Shown: in pieces, positions 49,301 through 60,154 of the stretch
Layout: every line of letters starts with the position of its first letter
How positions within the stretch are numbered: position 1 is the first letter of the stretch
Source: Lingula anatina
Taxonomy: Eukaryota; Animalia; Brachiopoda
Reading direction: 5' to 3'
DNA length: 64,000 bases
Assembly: GCA_051362555.1 (NCBI GenBank)
Contig: CM120642.1
Coordinates: 3,224,001 to 3,288,000 of the forward strand
Program-made: the position numbers and the translations under genes
Notes under the pieces: generated by a model
Databases searched by the model: none
Told to the model about the DNA's origin: nothing
The model's input: the letters and a program-made list of their open reading frames with translations, nothing else

Positions 49301-51084
49301 GGTCAGATTTTTAAGTTTACATTGACGGGTATCTAAGTTTTTCTGTCGGAAGACGGTCAAAAATGGAGGATGGATTAACAAAGATAATTTGGAAGACTGT
49401 CAGAAAATATCTCTGGATCCGCCCCTGATACAATCCATAAAAATGTTGAAATAAAAACTGATAGAAAGTGGAAGCTCTAGAGATAATTTACTTATTAGTG
49501 ATTGTAAGTTTACAGAAGTGTTAATAGTTTTAGGTCTGTGGATATTTAGGATTGTTATCAGTTCAAATTTGGATATGTTTTGTTTTTGATTACCCAATCA
49601 AAACTGGAGTTCAACATAACAATATCGATTAAACTGGTGTTAAGTTTACCATACTACATTGTCTATACATGAGCCAGAGGCGGCTGTGTTGTTGGTAGAG
49701 TTGGGAAATAGTTTTTTTTTTCTAGGACCAAAACATTACAGCAGTACTCTGTTTGTTTTGAAATGGTGTTTTGTGTAACATGAGAAAAATGTGAATATTT
49801 AAACTTTTAGCCAATAGGATGAAATTATGATCTGATATGTGCCAGATTTTTTTATTAATTTTATTAGTGAATTAGATATATAGAATTTCTTGTCATAGAA
49901 TTGAATGCTGTCACACAATGTTTATATTATGAAGATTGAGTCCTGTATATTGAGATCATTTACACACTTAAAAATATCTGGCCCAGTGTTTTACTGCTAC
50001 TCATAAGCAGATCAAATATGGCCAACCCACTTGAAAGCTTACCGAATAATCCCTGTGGAGAATCTATTTAGTGCCCATCAGGGGATAATGCAGCAAGTAT
50101 TCAAGTGAGTCATATTTGATCCGCAGATCAGTTAGTCCATGGATCAACATGTTCTGAATGTGCTCACATATCCTGTTAATAGTTCATTATCAGGATATAT
50201 TACATTTTTCAATGTTTATTATAACTAATTTTGTGGTTAATGGTAATCATACTTGAAACCCAAACCACAGCACTATAATTTGCTTATCTGAAGTCAGGCA
50301 ATTCTGTAATATGATCTCATCTCAATAATGAATATTAACTCTGTTGGCTCTGGAGCCATGGAAGTCTGTGATCTGAAAGGAAAAGATTATTATCATCCAA
50401 GCACAACCATGAATGCTAATAGTCTATAATAAAGCCAGATGAGTAGGGGGAAATGTTATCATAAATGAGGTCCAGGCCATTTTTCAGAATGTTGTTGACT
50501 TTTATATCATCAAATGGGTCTGTAATGAAGCGTGATGGTTATTCACAGCAAGCAAGGATGTGAATACAAATGAAGTAAGGGCTTCATTTAGTTGAAGGCG
50601 GTCATTGTTTCCCCCTTTGGTGCTTTTCTTGGACATGGGCACTCCTGATAGAAAAGATGTTATGCAGTTCATCCTTTTTTCGCCTTTCTGTATAAATAAG
50701 TATGATGCCTGCAGCTGGAGGAAGAATCTACTGCTGCAGACATCACAACTTCTAATTGCTTGTTTGTGTCAAAAAAAACTACCATTAAGATCTGTACTGC
50801 TTGACGGAAAGAGTAAATCTTCAAGGTGAAGTCTTTTTTTTCTCTCTCTCTTTAGGCCTGAAAATATAACGCAGCTTGAGTATATCACTTATAATGTAAT
50901 GTTGCTTTGACAAGTGTCAGGTATTCGTCTCGTAGCATGAGTGGCTACTTGTCTTTTCTGGAAGTTGCTCAAGCTCTTGCTCAGTTACGTGCCTGATGTT
51001 TACGCATTTTCTTTTCAGGCTCCGAATCCTTTCTTCGTGAGAAGAGCCAGACTATCGCCACTTCCCATGCACTGTCACCTAAAG
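14247..51084 (+). CDS. Ras GTPase-activating protein of the raskol/DAB2IP/RASAL2(nGAP)/SynGAP family; 5' part only (N-terminal split PH region), gene continues beyond the window
   Basis: Phase-compatible exons: 14247-14307 (MDGNAKMPFPSRIEGWLNVW), 30075-30199 (VLDRPEETVLFENGNIPAPKFEPAFCVLLQEQHNLTMHRTEK), 42275-42410 (IAEERCPSSNVPVLRLDEGKAEFDLRWGYEALESIRENSLSQTPK) and probable 51019-51084 (SSESFLREKSQTIATSHALSPK). This matches my recollection of the Drosophila raskol N-terminus (YPSRIEGWLDV...PLYCVLQQD...IPRVRLD). The C2 and GAP domains are not seen in the window. Confidence 0.78.
16263..16949 (+). mobile_element. Non-autonomous PIF/Harbinger transposon (internal-deletion derivative) with a transposase N-terminal remnant
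   Basis: TIR GGGCCGGTTTCACAAAGCAGTAGTTAGTTAG with its perfect reverse complement at the right end. 3-bp TSD CAG (16260-16262, 16950-16952). Subterminal repeats gtttcacgaagcagt. ATG 16504 opens MAATFLAIRTARRQRRLRRFHERQNLLEYTHDDAIYKRLRL, which resembles HARBI1-type transposase N-termini. Confidence 0.88.
17091..17221. mobile_element. Degenerate copy of the CAGGGGCGGAT-TIR MITE family
   Basis: caggggtggatt...atcaacaaagata...aaatatctctggatctgcccctg; internally deleted relative to the copies at 31297, 41693 and 49260. Confidence 0.8.
19311..19550. mobile_element. Old Harbinger-like MITE
   Basis: Degenerate TIRs ggagtctgtttcacaaaat...attttgtgaaacctgccc resemble the termini of the 16263 element. 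A similar, weaker pair lies at about 20698-20942. Confidence 0.5.
23625..23658. repeat. (AG)n microsatellite
   Basis: Directly visible. Confidence 0.95.
24112..24141. repeat. (TG)n microsatellite
   Basis: Directly visible. Confidence 0.95.
29076..29225. mobile_element. About 150-bp Harbinger/Tourist-like MITE
   Basis: TIR gggccccgtatctcgaaag...ctttcgagatacggagccc (one mismatch) with a CpG-rich interior. The TSD is imperfect. Confidence 0.75.
29844..29924 (+). CDS. Candidate 81-nt in-frame cassette (or alternative first) exon of the RasGAP gene
   Basis: Pyrimidine tract plus ttcag acceptor, donor G|gtaggt, symmetric phase 1, GC-rich and open in the frame of the flanking exons (GSLLTGMFRTTWASLLAVVCGSSRRGQ). 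An in-frame ATG lies at 29831. Confidence 0.4.
30326..31934 (-). CDS. CDA-fold zinc-dependent nucleoside/nucleobase deaminase, GuaD/guanosine deaminase-like, copy A (165 aa, 3 exons)
   Basis: Exons 31934-31808, 30953-30785 and 30527-30326 (498 nt, GT-AG, phases 1 and 2). Protein: MATEEALKLHFMRRAIELSRRAAATGDGEAFGSVIVRDYKIIGEGWNHIKVRHDPTAHGEVEAIRNTCSALKTLHLTGAEIYTNCEPCIMCAAVIQYAGIVKIYYG...RRIPAEQLLPGEAIKVFDEFHPKKTKS. HxE and PCxxC are intact. Confidence 0.9.
31297..31463. mobile_element. 167-bp MITE (TIR CAGGGGCGGAT) with 5-bp TSD GTCAG, in intron 1 of deaminase A
   Basis: gtcag|CAGGGGCGGATT...GATCCGCCCCTG|gtcag; near-identical to the copies at 41693 and 49260. Confidence 0.9.
32376..33753 (-). 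CDS. CDA-fold zinc-dependent deaminase, GuaD-like, copy B (159 aa, 3 exons)
   Basis: Exons 33753-33624, 33071-32903 and 32556-32376 (480 nt). Protein: MEGQGEESKIHFMKRAIELSRHAVKVGDGAPFGCVIVKDNQIIGEGWNHTKSQYDPTAHGEIDAIRNACRAMKTLSLEGTEIYCSCEPCLMCAAAIHIIGASKVYYGVSKCVVYSILGHPLKTIEEDLKNPTDQRKIPAQSLLSGEAQKVFEEWHQGKQ. Confidence 0.9.
33975..34660 (-). pseudogene. Truncated fourth deaminase copy (5'-truncated exon 1, intron 1, aborted exon-2 start)
   Basis: 34660-34550 encodes SKNHFMTRAIELSRHAVKVGDGAPFGCVIAKDNQII without the original start. A copy of the B/C intron 1 follows, then an exon-2 start (34063) that reaches TAA at 34034-34032. No HxE or PCxxC exon is present. Confidence 0.85.
35106..36376 (-). 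CDS. CDA-fold zinc-dependent deaminase, GuaD-like, copy C (159 aa, 3 exons)
   Basis: Exons 36376-36247, 35767-35599 and 35286-35106 (480 nt). DPTAHGEINAIRNTC and SSCEPCLMC are intact. By hand count it differs from copy B at 15 amino acids. Confidence 0.9.
38643..38899. mobile_element. 257-bp foldback MITE with TAA TSD (PIF/Harbinger, Tourist-like)
   Basis: taa|GGCTTCGTTCACATGCAATGTCTATTTTCTAAATTC...GAATTTAGAAAATAGACATTGCATGTGAACAAAGCC|taa. The arms are complementary over about 120 bp up to the centre. Confidence 0.9.
41693..41860. mobile_element. 168-bp MITE (TIR CAGGGGCGGAT)
   Basis: Same family as 31297; flanks ctaca / ctata (4 of 5 match). Confidence 0.9.
49260..49427. mobile_element. 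168-bp MITE (TIR CAGGGGCGGAT) with 5-bp TSD ATACA
   Basis: ataca|CAGGGGCGGATT...GATCCGCCCCTG|ataca. Confidence 0.92.
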
Positions 51085-54000
51085 GTAAGTTATAGATATT
51101 AACACTAGGCATGTAGGGGGTATGGGTTGGAAAGATGCACCATTTTGCCTGAAAGAGATCCACTCTGAATCAAAATTTGATCTAGGTTGTACAATATGGG
51201 TCAATTAATAGGATAAAAAGGTCCATTTTTCAGAACCCCCCTCAGGCTTCAAGCCAGACATATACATTTTTATTACTAAATTTTGTTTATTGGTTTCTTT
51301 AGCATGTTTTTTTTTTTATTTATCTTCAAAATGTTTGATATTTGATCTCCTATCTGATGCCATTATTTGTAGGAATGGCTTAACTGCTAAGAGAGAAAAA
51401 ATCACTTATATTTTGAAGATGTCTTCTGTTATATGATGTTATTTGTGTGTGAGTTTCTGTCAGTCCAATTATACTGCCTTATAGCTAGCAACCAACTGTA
51501 ATAAGAGAGTTGATGATAGTGTCCTGTTTCCTGAGTGTCGGATTCCTGCACGAAATCAACATTCGTATCCATTGGTGGTGGACAGAAACATTGTTTTTGA
51601 CTGACGTTATTGAGTCTCTAAAAAAAGAAGAATTCTATTTTATTATCCTATCCAGAAACCACAAAAAAAGTTTTTCGTATCAACTGTAATAGTTTCTCAT
51701 TAGTGTAAAGAGTACATTTGATAGCCTGATTAAAGCTTACCAGTGCCATTTACTGCAATTATTCTGTAACCTGAAACAAAAGCGATTACTTATTTTCATG
51801 AATGATATTTACTGTATAAAATATAAAAATGTATAAAACAGACTCAGTGGTAAATAAGTGAATAAGTAAACCACATCCCATATATAAGAAAAAGGAAGCA
51901 GAGTTCATGTTAGATTTTTTTATGATTAAAATTTAATTTATTAAGTACTACTACCTAAAAAGATGAAGCATGAGCATACTACCAACATGGTTATAACTTA
52001 AATGAGTAAAATGTGTAAATAATTATCTTAAGTTTACATATCTATTACAAAATGACTGCAGTGAAATGGCAAAACCACTTCAGATTTTTTTTTTTTTTTT
52101 TGTACTTATGGATTACACACACAAGGAGCATTAAATATTTATGTACCTTGCAGGTTTTTCCTTTTCAGATTTCCAGCCATAATTTTTAGTAACTTGAGAA
52201 GTTACTGCATTAGAGAGCTCATCCTTTTTCAGATGTCAAGGATTGCATGAACATAAAAAGTTTGCAATCTGGTGAATCAGTAGTTATTCAGTGTCTGCTA
52301 GCAGGAGATAAGCTGGAAATTACAAAAAAAGGTGATTAATTATTGAGATAGATCTAACTGACTAAGAAGAAATTGAATTGGACAGGTGTTCCTATGTCAG
52401 GCACCATAGGATGTGCTTAGAATTGCGCAGTGTCTCAACCAGTGTCTCATCTAACACATTGGTCTAGGTTATGGTTTTGTATCTGTTGATATCACCAATG
52501 CATAAAATGCCATTCTGAGCTACAGAAAAGCTAAAAGAGGAGTTCTTGAAGAAAGAAGTGTCAGTCAAGACTAATTTATATATATAAATTTGTGTATTTT
52601 GGTTGATATATTCAAAATTATTTTTTAAAGTAAATGGAAAAAAGCGACAGCGAAACAATTAATTTTACTAGTATAACCACCTGGTCCATAAGCTCTGAAC
52701 AACAGCTATGTTGAAGATATCTTTGTGGAGAATGAAGTGTCATGAATTGCCCTTCAACATCTTCGACACCAAGGGCCATGAAAACTAATTATGCCATTGC
52801 CACCATCTTCTACAGCTTTGAACAGAAAACCATTTCAATCTTATTCCTGCATTAAAAAAAGTGATTAATTTAGCCATTCCACTGTCTGCTTTTATTGCTT
52901 TTAATATACATTTTAATATTACAAAGCACTAGCTGCATAAAGTTTCTGCTGAGGCCTGTACCATTACCCATTTGTAGGTGCAAATGCCCTAGATGTTTGG
53001 AATTTTGACTTGACTGTAAAACATTTTCAGCAAAAGCCTTTTTTTTTTCAATTACCAGATAACCTTGATGTATAAATTTAGAATTGTGGCATGATCTTTA
53101 TACGACTTTATATGTGCAGTCACATCCCAACATTCCAGTGATCAAACTTTATATATGCTACGTCACAGGTAGACTTCCCTGGGGAGGAGGAGGGGGAGAC
53201 CTGAAATGATACAACCTAGGGCAGACGGAGGTTTCATTGCACATGATTAATGCCTTTTTTTGTTCAATTTATTTCTCTAATGAAATCTGAATTCTCATAG
53301 AAATATTCTTATTTAAACATTTAAAAGTGTGATAGCAACTTGAAGATATGAGAGAGAGAGAGAGACAGAGAGAGAGAGAGAGATGTGAAATAAATTTTGA
53401 TCGCAGATTCTTAGTCAATGTTCGAAAACAGTATTATGAGTATATCCCATTTTCTGTCTATCAATCCCAAATCCAAATTTTTGGATTCATGAAAACAACT
53501 TCTTAGTCCGTGAGCTTTCATGCTGATTTATACTTAGTCTTGGCTGAAGTACCTACAGTAGATGACTAATGGACACAATTTAGCAGTGTAATGTCATAAG
53601 TTTTCTGTCACTTTCTTGTGTCTCCAAATTCCTGCTCTGCCTGAATGACATGTAATACTCACTGTTCTCTTCTCTGCCCATTTATAAGCATGCCTACGCA
53701 ATGAGGCATTTTTATGCCGAGTAGCACAACGAAACGGAACAATGCAATTTGTTGAGGGTGTTCTTTAGGGGGATGGTTCTTTCTTTCCATTTTAAAAATC
53801 CAAACAATTTAGTGTTATCAAACAACTACTTATTTTTAACCAAAAAAATCAGAATTATCAGATAAACCTTCCTTTGACTCAACATTTACTTAGCTTTACA
53901 GTACTAACTTGCCTTTCATAATCTTCTTTCTTCAAATAAAAATGTATCTTCCAGTTGAGGTTCACCATGTTATATTTAACTGTGTATTAGGGTATTATTA

Positions 54001-54212
54001 CGCAGATTATTGCCGACGGCTAGTTCATTGGGTGCAGTGGGCCCACCAGTCGTTAATTGGGTGATTTAATTTTCTTGTATTATTGATATGATTACATCGC
54101 TGTTATACATATGCAGCTAGGTGCTGTTTAACCACTGCCTGTAAGCTATACAATGTTATCTGGGGTCAGACAATATTTAACAAAATTTCTCTTTCAAAAC
54201 AGACACACTTTG

Positions 54213-54219
54213 TTTTATT

Positions 54220-54270
<51 letters not shown>
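54213..54270. repeat. (TTTA)n microsatellite
   Basis: Directly visible. Confidence 0.95.
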
Positions 54271-57200
54271 TTTTGTTATCTTACCTCTATATTTTGAACA
54301 TTTTTTTTAGTAATATACTCTGAGCAAAGATGTATTTTATTTGTGAATTGATTAAGAAAGTACAATAGATACCTTCTAAGAAATATATATAACATGGAGT
54401 TCAAACATAATGAAATTTACCCAACAGCAGTTTGTGTATTACTTGCAGCTTTTAGTTGTAAAACAGGCTTAGATTGTTTGTAGAATCAGCAGCTGTTATG
54501 GTTTTTTAGTTTAAGGAATTTAACTGCCATCCAACATATGCTTAAAGTCGTCCAGGTAGTTTAAAGAATAACTTTCATTTCTTATTAAATGGCAGGAATT
54601 TGTAAAATGTCAGTTTAACCTTTTCACCGTGGAGGGCCGTTTTGATGCCAGGTGCAAACAGAGGACTACATACCTGGCTAGGTATAGGGCCTCCCAAAGG
54701 TATTTGACACTTAGAGATAGTCACGTGTGCCACTTGCTGATAATTTATGACTCATGTGAGGGAAACGGTTTTATGTAATATATGGTTTTAAATGTAAGAC
54801 TAAATGATATAAAATACCATTATTGTTGAGACCAGGAATATTTATGTGCACCATTAAAAATGTGAAAGATGAGTTATGGTGCTCAAAAAATGACCAAACT
54901 AACCTAGTAAACAGTTTGTTTCAGTCCGTCACATGATCTTGTTTTACAGAAAATTTTCTAGAATATTTCATGAGATAAGGACGCGTTTTCTTTTGCTAAA
55001 ATTAATCCTGGTTGTGCACGTGGTAGCTTAAGATAGTATTAAGATAGCTTTGTAGCACCCTGTACTAAGTAGGACCAGGTGCATTTTCAAAACTACATAT
55101 TGACTGCTTTGTCATTATTTCTGCCTTTCTCAAGTTCGCTGGTTTTGTGAATTGACAAAGTGGCCTTTTCTGCTCATTGTCAAAAGCCAATGTTTCCGCA
55201 AACCATTTGCTACAGATTAACACTGAGACCACCTAAGTGTGCCATAGCTTCATGCTAAATTAGGAAAATAGGGCCCACAATTCAAAAGTCAGAAGGTTGA
55301 GGTGTGAAAAAAGGAGGTGCGCTTTGTGTGGCTATTGTCGCAGATGTTCGATAGAGCAATGACAACAAACATTGATTTTCTTCTGCTCAGTTTGCACTTT
55401 TAATCCCCCTTCAGATAATGACTGGAATGGGCTCGTTGTTATTCCCCAACATGTCAGGCGTGTGGTAACTGTACATAATAGAGCTGACACCTGTATGAAG
55501 TGAGGCAGGGGGGGTAAGGATAGCAAGGCCCTATGGACACATCATAGCACGCTGTGGAACTTTAATGGAGACGTAGGACACAGGAGACTGTAGTTTATCC
55601 AGAAACTGTTTCTTTTGAAAAGAGAACAAAACTATTAGAAAGTGTTGGTAGCATCCAGTGGGAATTGTACCCAAATAGTTATGATGGAAAAATAGACGCG
55701 ACTCTTCTGTATAACGACAGACTTAAGCAACAGGGCAAATGAAGGGGGAAGTCTGAGGTTGACCCTCTGTGTCCTTAATCCAACTGACTGAAAAATAGAC
55801 ATCTGCCTGGGATAATAAACTCTATATAACCTTCTACCTGAATCAGGTAAGTGAGTATCCATGGAAACAGTCGGTCTTTTGCACTCGAATTTTTTTCTGC
55901 TTAAAGGAAATGAGGAAAGTATATTTTATTTTGAATTTTGCATCTTACATTTTATGTTTAAAATTGGTTCTTGTTTTTTAGAAATTTATGAAAATTTCAA
56001 GATTGGCTAAAACTTTTAGAATGTGAAACAATGGGAGCAGAGGTTTGCCATAATGGTATATATAGGTCGGGTAGAAAGAAAATGTAGTGATTTTTGCTTC
56101 TGATTAAGCTTATTGTGATGTCGCTATGCTGGTTAAAATACCAGTATTGTTAAATCCAGAGTGTCTGTTTGAATTATTTAATAGCAATAGTTCATAAGTT
56201 CAAATATTTCATGACTGCCCCTGATTGTGCGGGTGTTATTTGTGGTCTCATGAATTTTAGGATTAACCAAGTTACTGTAAATGGTATGAACTTTATAGTC
56301 ACAAATGCATGCGCATGCACACACAACACACATATACACTTGCGCAAGTATACATACACTTACCTCATGCATACCTGATATGTAATTTTGTCAAATATGT
56401 CCATGCTAAGTGTGGAGAAGTTCTGTTATAAGTTGAACCATTTCTGGAAAAAATAAAGGGATAGGATACAAAAGGTATTTATAATGTAACCAGACTTCTT
56501 AATTAAAAGCAGAAAGTTTGACTTTTTTCAGAAAGAAAAGGGGAATATATGCTGCAGGCAGAATTTTTTTACCACAAGAAAGTTTACAATAAAATTAACT
56601 GAAAGCACCCTCATGATGAATATAGGATCTACAGAGAGACGTAACTGCAAAAACTTAGACAAATTTGAACATCTGAGTAGAAAAATAAGAAAAAAAAATA
56701 GAAAAACATTAAAAATTGTGCACTGTGAAATTTTCAGATACTCCTTAATGAATCAAAGCCAGTCATTCGATCACAACACCACAATCACAAATAGGCCATT
56801 AAATAAGTAAAAGCTTAGATGGATGTTGTTTGCCACAGGTAAAAGCAGGAATTGAGTATTGACACAATTTAATTGAACTGTTTGCTCGTCACCCGGCACA
56901 GTATCAAGTCTGCATTCGACTGATACATAACACATACCAAAATATGTATTAAAAGAGCCCCCTATGCCCTTGGGTAAATGAGATTCTATCAGTTTTCAAA
57001 TTGAAAAAAAAAGTGTTGAATTGGTTAATTTTTTTCCTCATATTATTTATCACCATTGTTTGGGGTCCTGTATTGTGTTCTGTGTTACTTGCCAAAGTAT
57101 GTTCTTTAACCCTTGTGTGTTATTGGACTCGAAATAACCTGGATTCACGGTAAAGATGTGTGTACTACCACCCAGAGAGCGGGGTCTTTTTCTTATGGAA

Positions 57201-59299
57201 TCTTGTAAATAGTAACAAGCTGATTTAATATCATGGGACATCGGGCAAATAGTTGTTGTTTGCATTTTCATTGTTAAACACACAAAGGAAAAGAAAAGTA
57301 GTGAAACAGTTGTCATGAAGAAGTAATATGATGAATTTGAGGCAAACAATTTTTTTTTTTTTTTTGTAAGAAAAATCTCAACTTCAACAAGTTCAAGTAA
57401 TCATAACAATTCATGCTTCCCTTCCTGACCAGTAACAGTAAGGATTTATCTGAATGACATCCATCTTTTATCTATGAATATATCTACTTGCCTGCCAATA
57501 ATAACAGTGTCTTTAATGTATTTATGGAGTACGGACCCCCTACTTTTAGACTGCACTCATGGATCAGATAAAGCTGACATTTATTTATTGCCAGTATAGT
57601 GAATAGCGAAATGGGAAGCCACATTTGTTGAACATTTTTTGTTTGTCATCTGCAGTCTGCATCATTATTATTATTTTACAAGGATGTGTGATGAGAAGTC
57701 AGGTGTTTGGAAGGTGTCATGATTGAGCACATTGAGAACAGATGATACACGGACTAACTGATCCCAGACTAAATGTTGCCCACCCCACTTAGGAACACCG
57801 CTTTATCCCCTGATGGTCTCCCCCCCAATCCACCCACCCCCCACCCCCCGTCCACACATGCCATTAAATGGATTAAATCTCAGCCCCAAGGTTTAATTGC
57901 AAGGCCCCTGCAGTGACCGGCCATGTAGAGGTGGGCAGACCATCAGGGAATTGGTCGGCACTACTTATAAGTGGAGTAAATTCAGTTTCATCTTACTTGG
58001 ACTGCTCTACTAGTATGTTTTAACAGATGAGGTGATTTCATGAGATCAGCTGCAACAGTGGAGTGTTTCTCCCTCTTTTTATTTCTTCTTTGAAAATTGA
58101 TAAAAAGTCATGCTTCTGTATTTGTTATTAAGAAGCAATAATAATTATTCACAATAATATATTTACAATGTAGAAATTACGAAAGTGAAGAATATTGGAA
58201 ATAACCTAATTTTATGAAATGCATATAAATATATATACATGTAAATTAAAATTAAATTCATGCTTTAGTCCAATTTGTCATATTTGGCGTTAAAGATAAG
58301 ACCTGTCATTTAATGTGTGCTAGCTATAGGAGTCTCTGAATCATTATTACACTAACTTACCTTCTGAAATACAAGTCCTAAATTAAATTCAAATACTTGG
58401 AAGACTTGCCTGGTAATATCCTGGTATAAATTGATACAGTTGGCAACCACTTGCGATCGAACAAAAAACAACTGTTGATTTGTGAGTTGTCATTGGATTA
58501 TACGCTGCTAGTCTGTCTGGTGAATCATTGTCACGCTAACTAGATAAGGGACATGCTGGCAGTTGTCAATGATACAGTTTTATCTCTATGCCTCCATCAT
58601 ATATTTATATGTGTGTTCAGAGTTGGCAGACTGCTAGTTGGAAACTCAAGAACACAGCTTGGACATGTCTTCAAGTCCATGATTATTGCTGGATTGTTGG
58701 TAGACTTAATGATAGTGCAAACAGGTTCCATTTACAGTTTAGATGATACTATGTGCATTAATTGGGGGTGATAATTGTCGTATTCGTTAAAATTGCTAAT
58801 TACTCGGTGCAGATACATATGCTAAAATCACTAGGTTGGAGGAGACACAGACAGAAGTAGTACCTGTGAGGGTGGCAGTACCCAGCTCTTAGTACATGCA
58901 CCTCCAATTCATGGACTGACTTAGGAATGCCAAGTATATATGAATATTTGAAAATCCACGAAATTCACCATTGCAGTATTTGTGTTGAATCATTACCTGT
59001 TGATGTTTTGGAGTAGTACATAGAACTGTCATTGGAATCATTCAAGGCACAGGTTGTGATAAGGGTTATCAGTGGACCTAATGAGACTGTAGGAATTTAT
59101 CCAGTGATAGTTTTTGTTGGAGGACATCATAGGCGAGATGTTGCTGTGTTGTGGTAGTAGGAGGAGGACAGAGGTGGATCCAGATAACCTGCCATGTAAG
59201 TCAGAAGAAAGGTTTTTCAGTGTGTGTGTGAGAGAGAGAGAGAGAGAGATTCTTATGATGGAAATTTGTCTTTTTAACTCTTTTCTTTGATTTTTGTTT

Positions 59300-59302
<3 letters not shown>

Positions 59303-59347
<45 letters not shown>
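59303..59347. repeat. (AT)n microsatellite
   Basis: Directly visible. Confidence 0.95.
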
Positions 59348-59353
<6 letters not shown>

Positions 59354-59401
59354 TATTTAAGAAAGTGGAGTGTTTAACCAGTCACTTCATAATTCTGTGT
59401 A

Positions 59402-59528
59402 CAGGGGTGGATCCAGAGATATTTTTTGAGTCTTTCAAATTATTTTTGTTGATCCATCTTCCATTTTTGACCATTTTCTGACAGAAAAAAATAAGATACC
59501 CATCAGTGTAAACTCAAAAATTCTGATT
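59402..59528 (-). mobile_element. Truncated, inverted copy of the CAGGGGCGGAT-TIR MITE
   Basis: caggggtggatccagagatatttt...tttgttgatccatcttccatttttgacc...agatacccatcagtgtaaact is the reverse complement of the family's 3' three quarters. Confidence 0.85.
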
Positions 59529-60093
59529 TGCCCACAGTTATTTTAACAGTCACTTATTTACAAACAAGTGCATTTAGATATGAATCTTTATTTTAAGTTA
59601 ATGGGTGAAATACATGTTAAGTTTACTTACTAACTTTCCTAATGCTGTCACAGATGAGTAACTTAAATACAATATTAACATTATAATGTTTAAATACTAT
59701 TTCATGGTTGACAGCAGTCATGTTATTCTGAATGTTGTATTTTTATGTGCACATGTGTTTATCTTGGTGTATAACATACCCTGGGAGTATATGGCAGCTG
59801 CTGTACCTCTTACTAATGTAATTATCTCAACAAATTCCTGAGATAATGATGGATATGTTACTGATGAATATTTAATCTTTCTTCATCATTGGAATTAAGA
59901 GACAAATGCTTTCTCACTCCCGGGGGTGAACTCCTGTACTTATCAATGTGCTATCTTAATTGTAATGTCTCACAGAATGCTAATGATTATATTTAACATC
60001 AAGGAAAGTCTAACTGATCTTCATATGGAGATGTTTGAGGAGAGATTTTAAGACAAAAAATAATGAATGTGAAAGTCACAGTCGCTTTTTAGT

Positions 60094-60101
60094 CACACAC
60101 A

Positions 60102-60151
<50 letters not shown>
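60094..60151. repeat. (CA)n microsatellite (second tract at 60226-60259)
   Basis: Directly visible. Confidence 0.95.

Positions 60152-60154
<3 letters not shown>

Noticed and set aside
55680-55852. Strong donor CAG|gtaagt at 55846 as a RasGAP coding exon
   Set aside because: All three frames have stops shortly upstream and there is no good acceptor. At most it is a non-coding exon.
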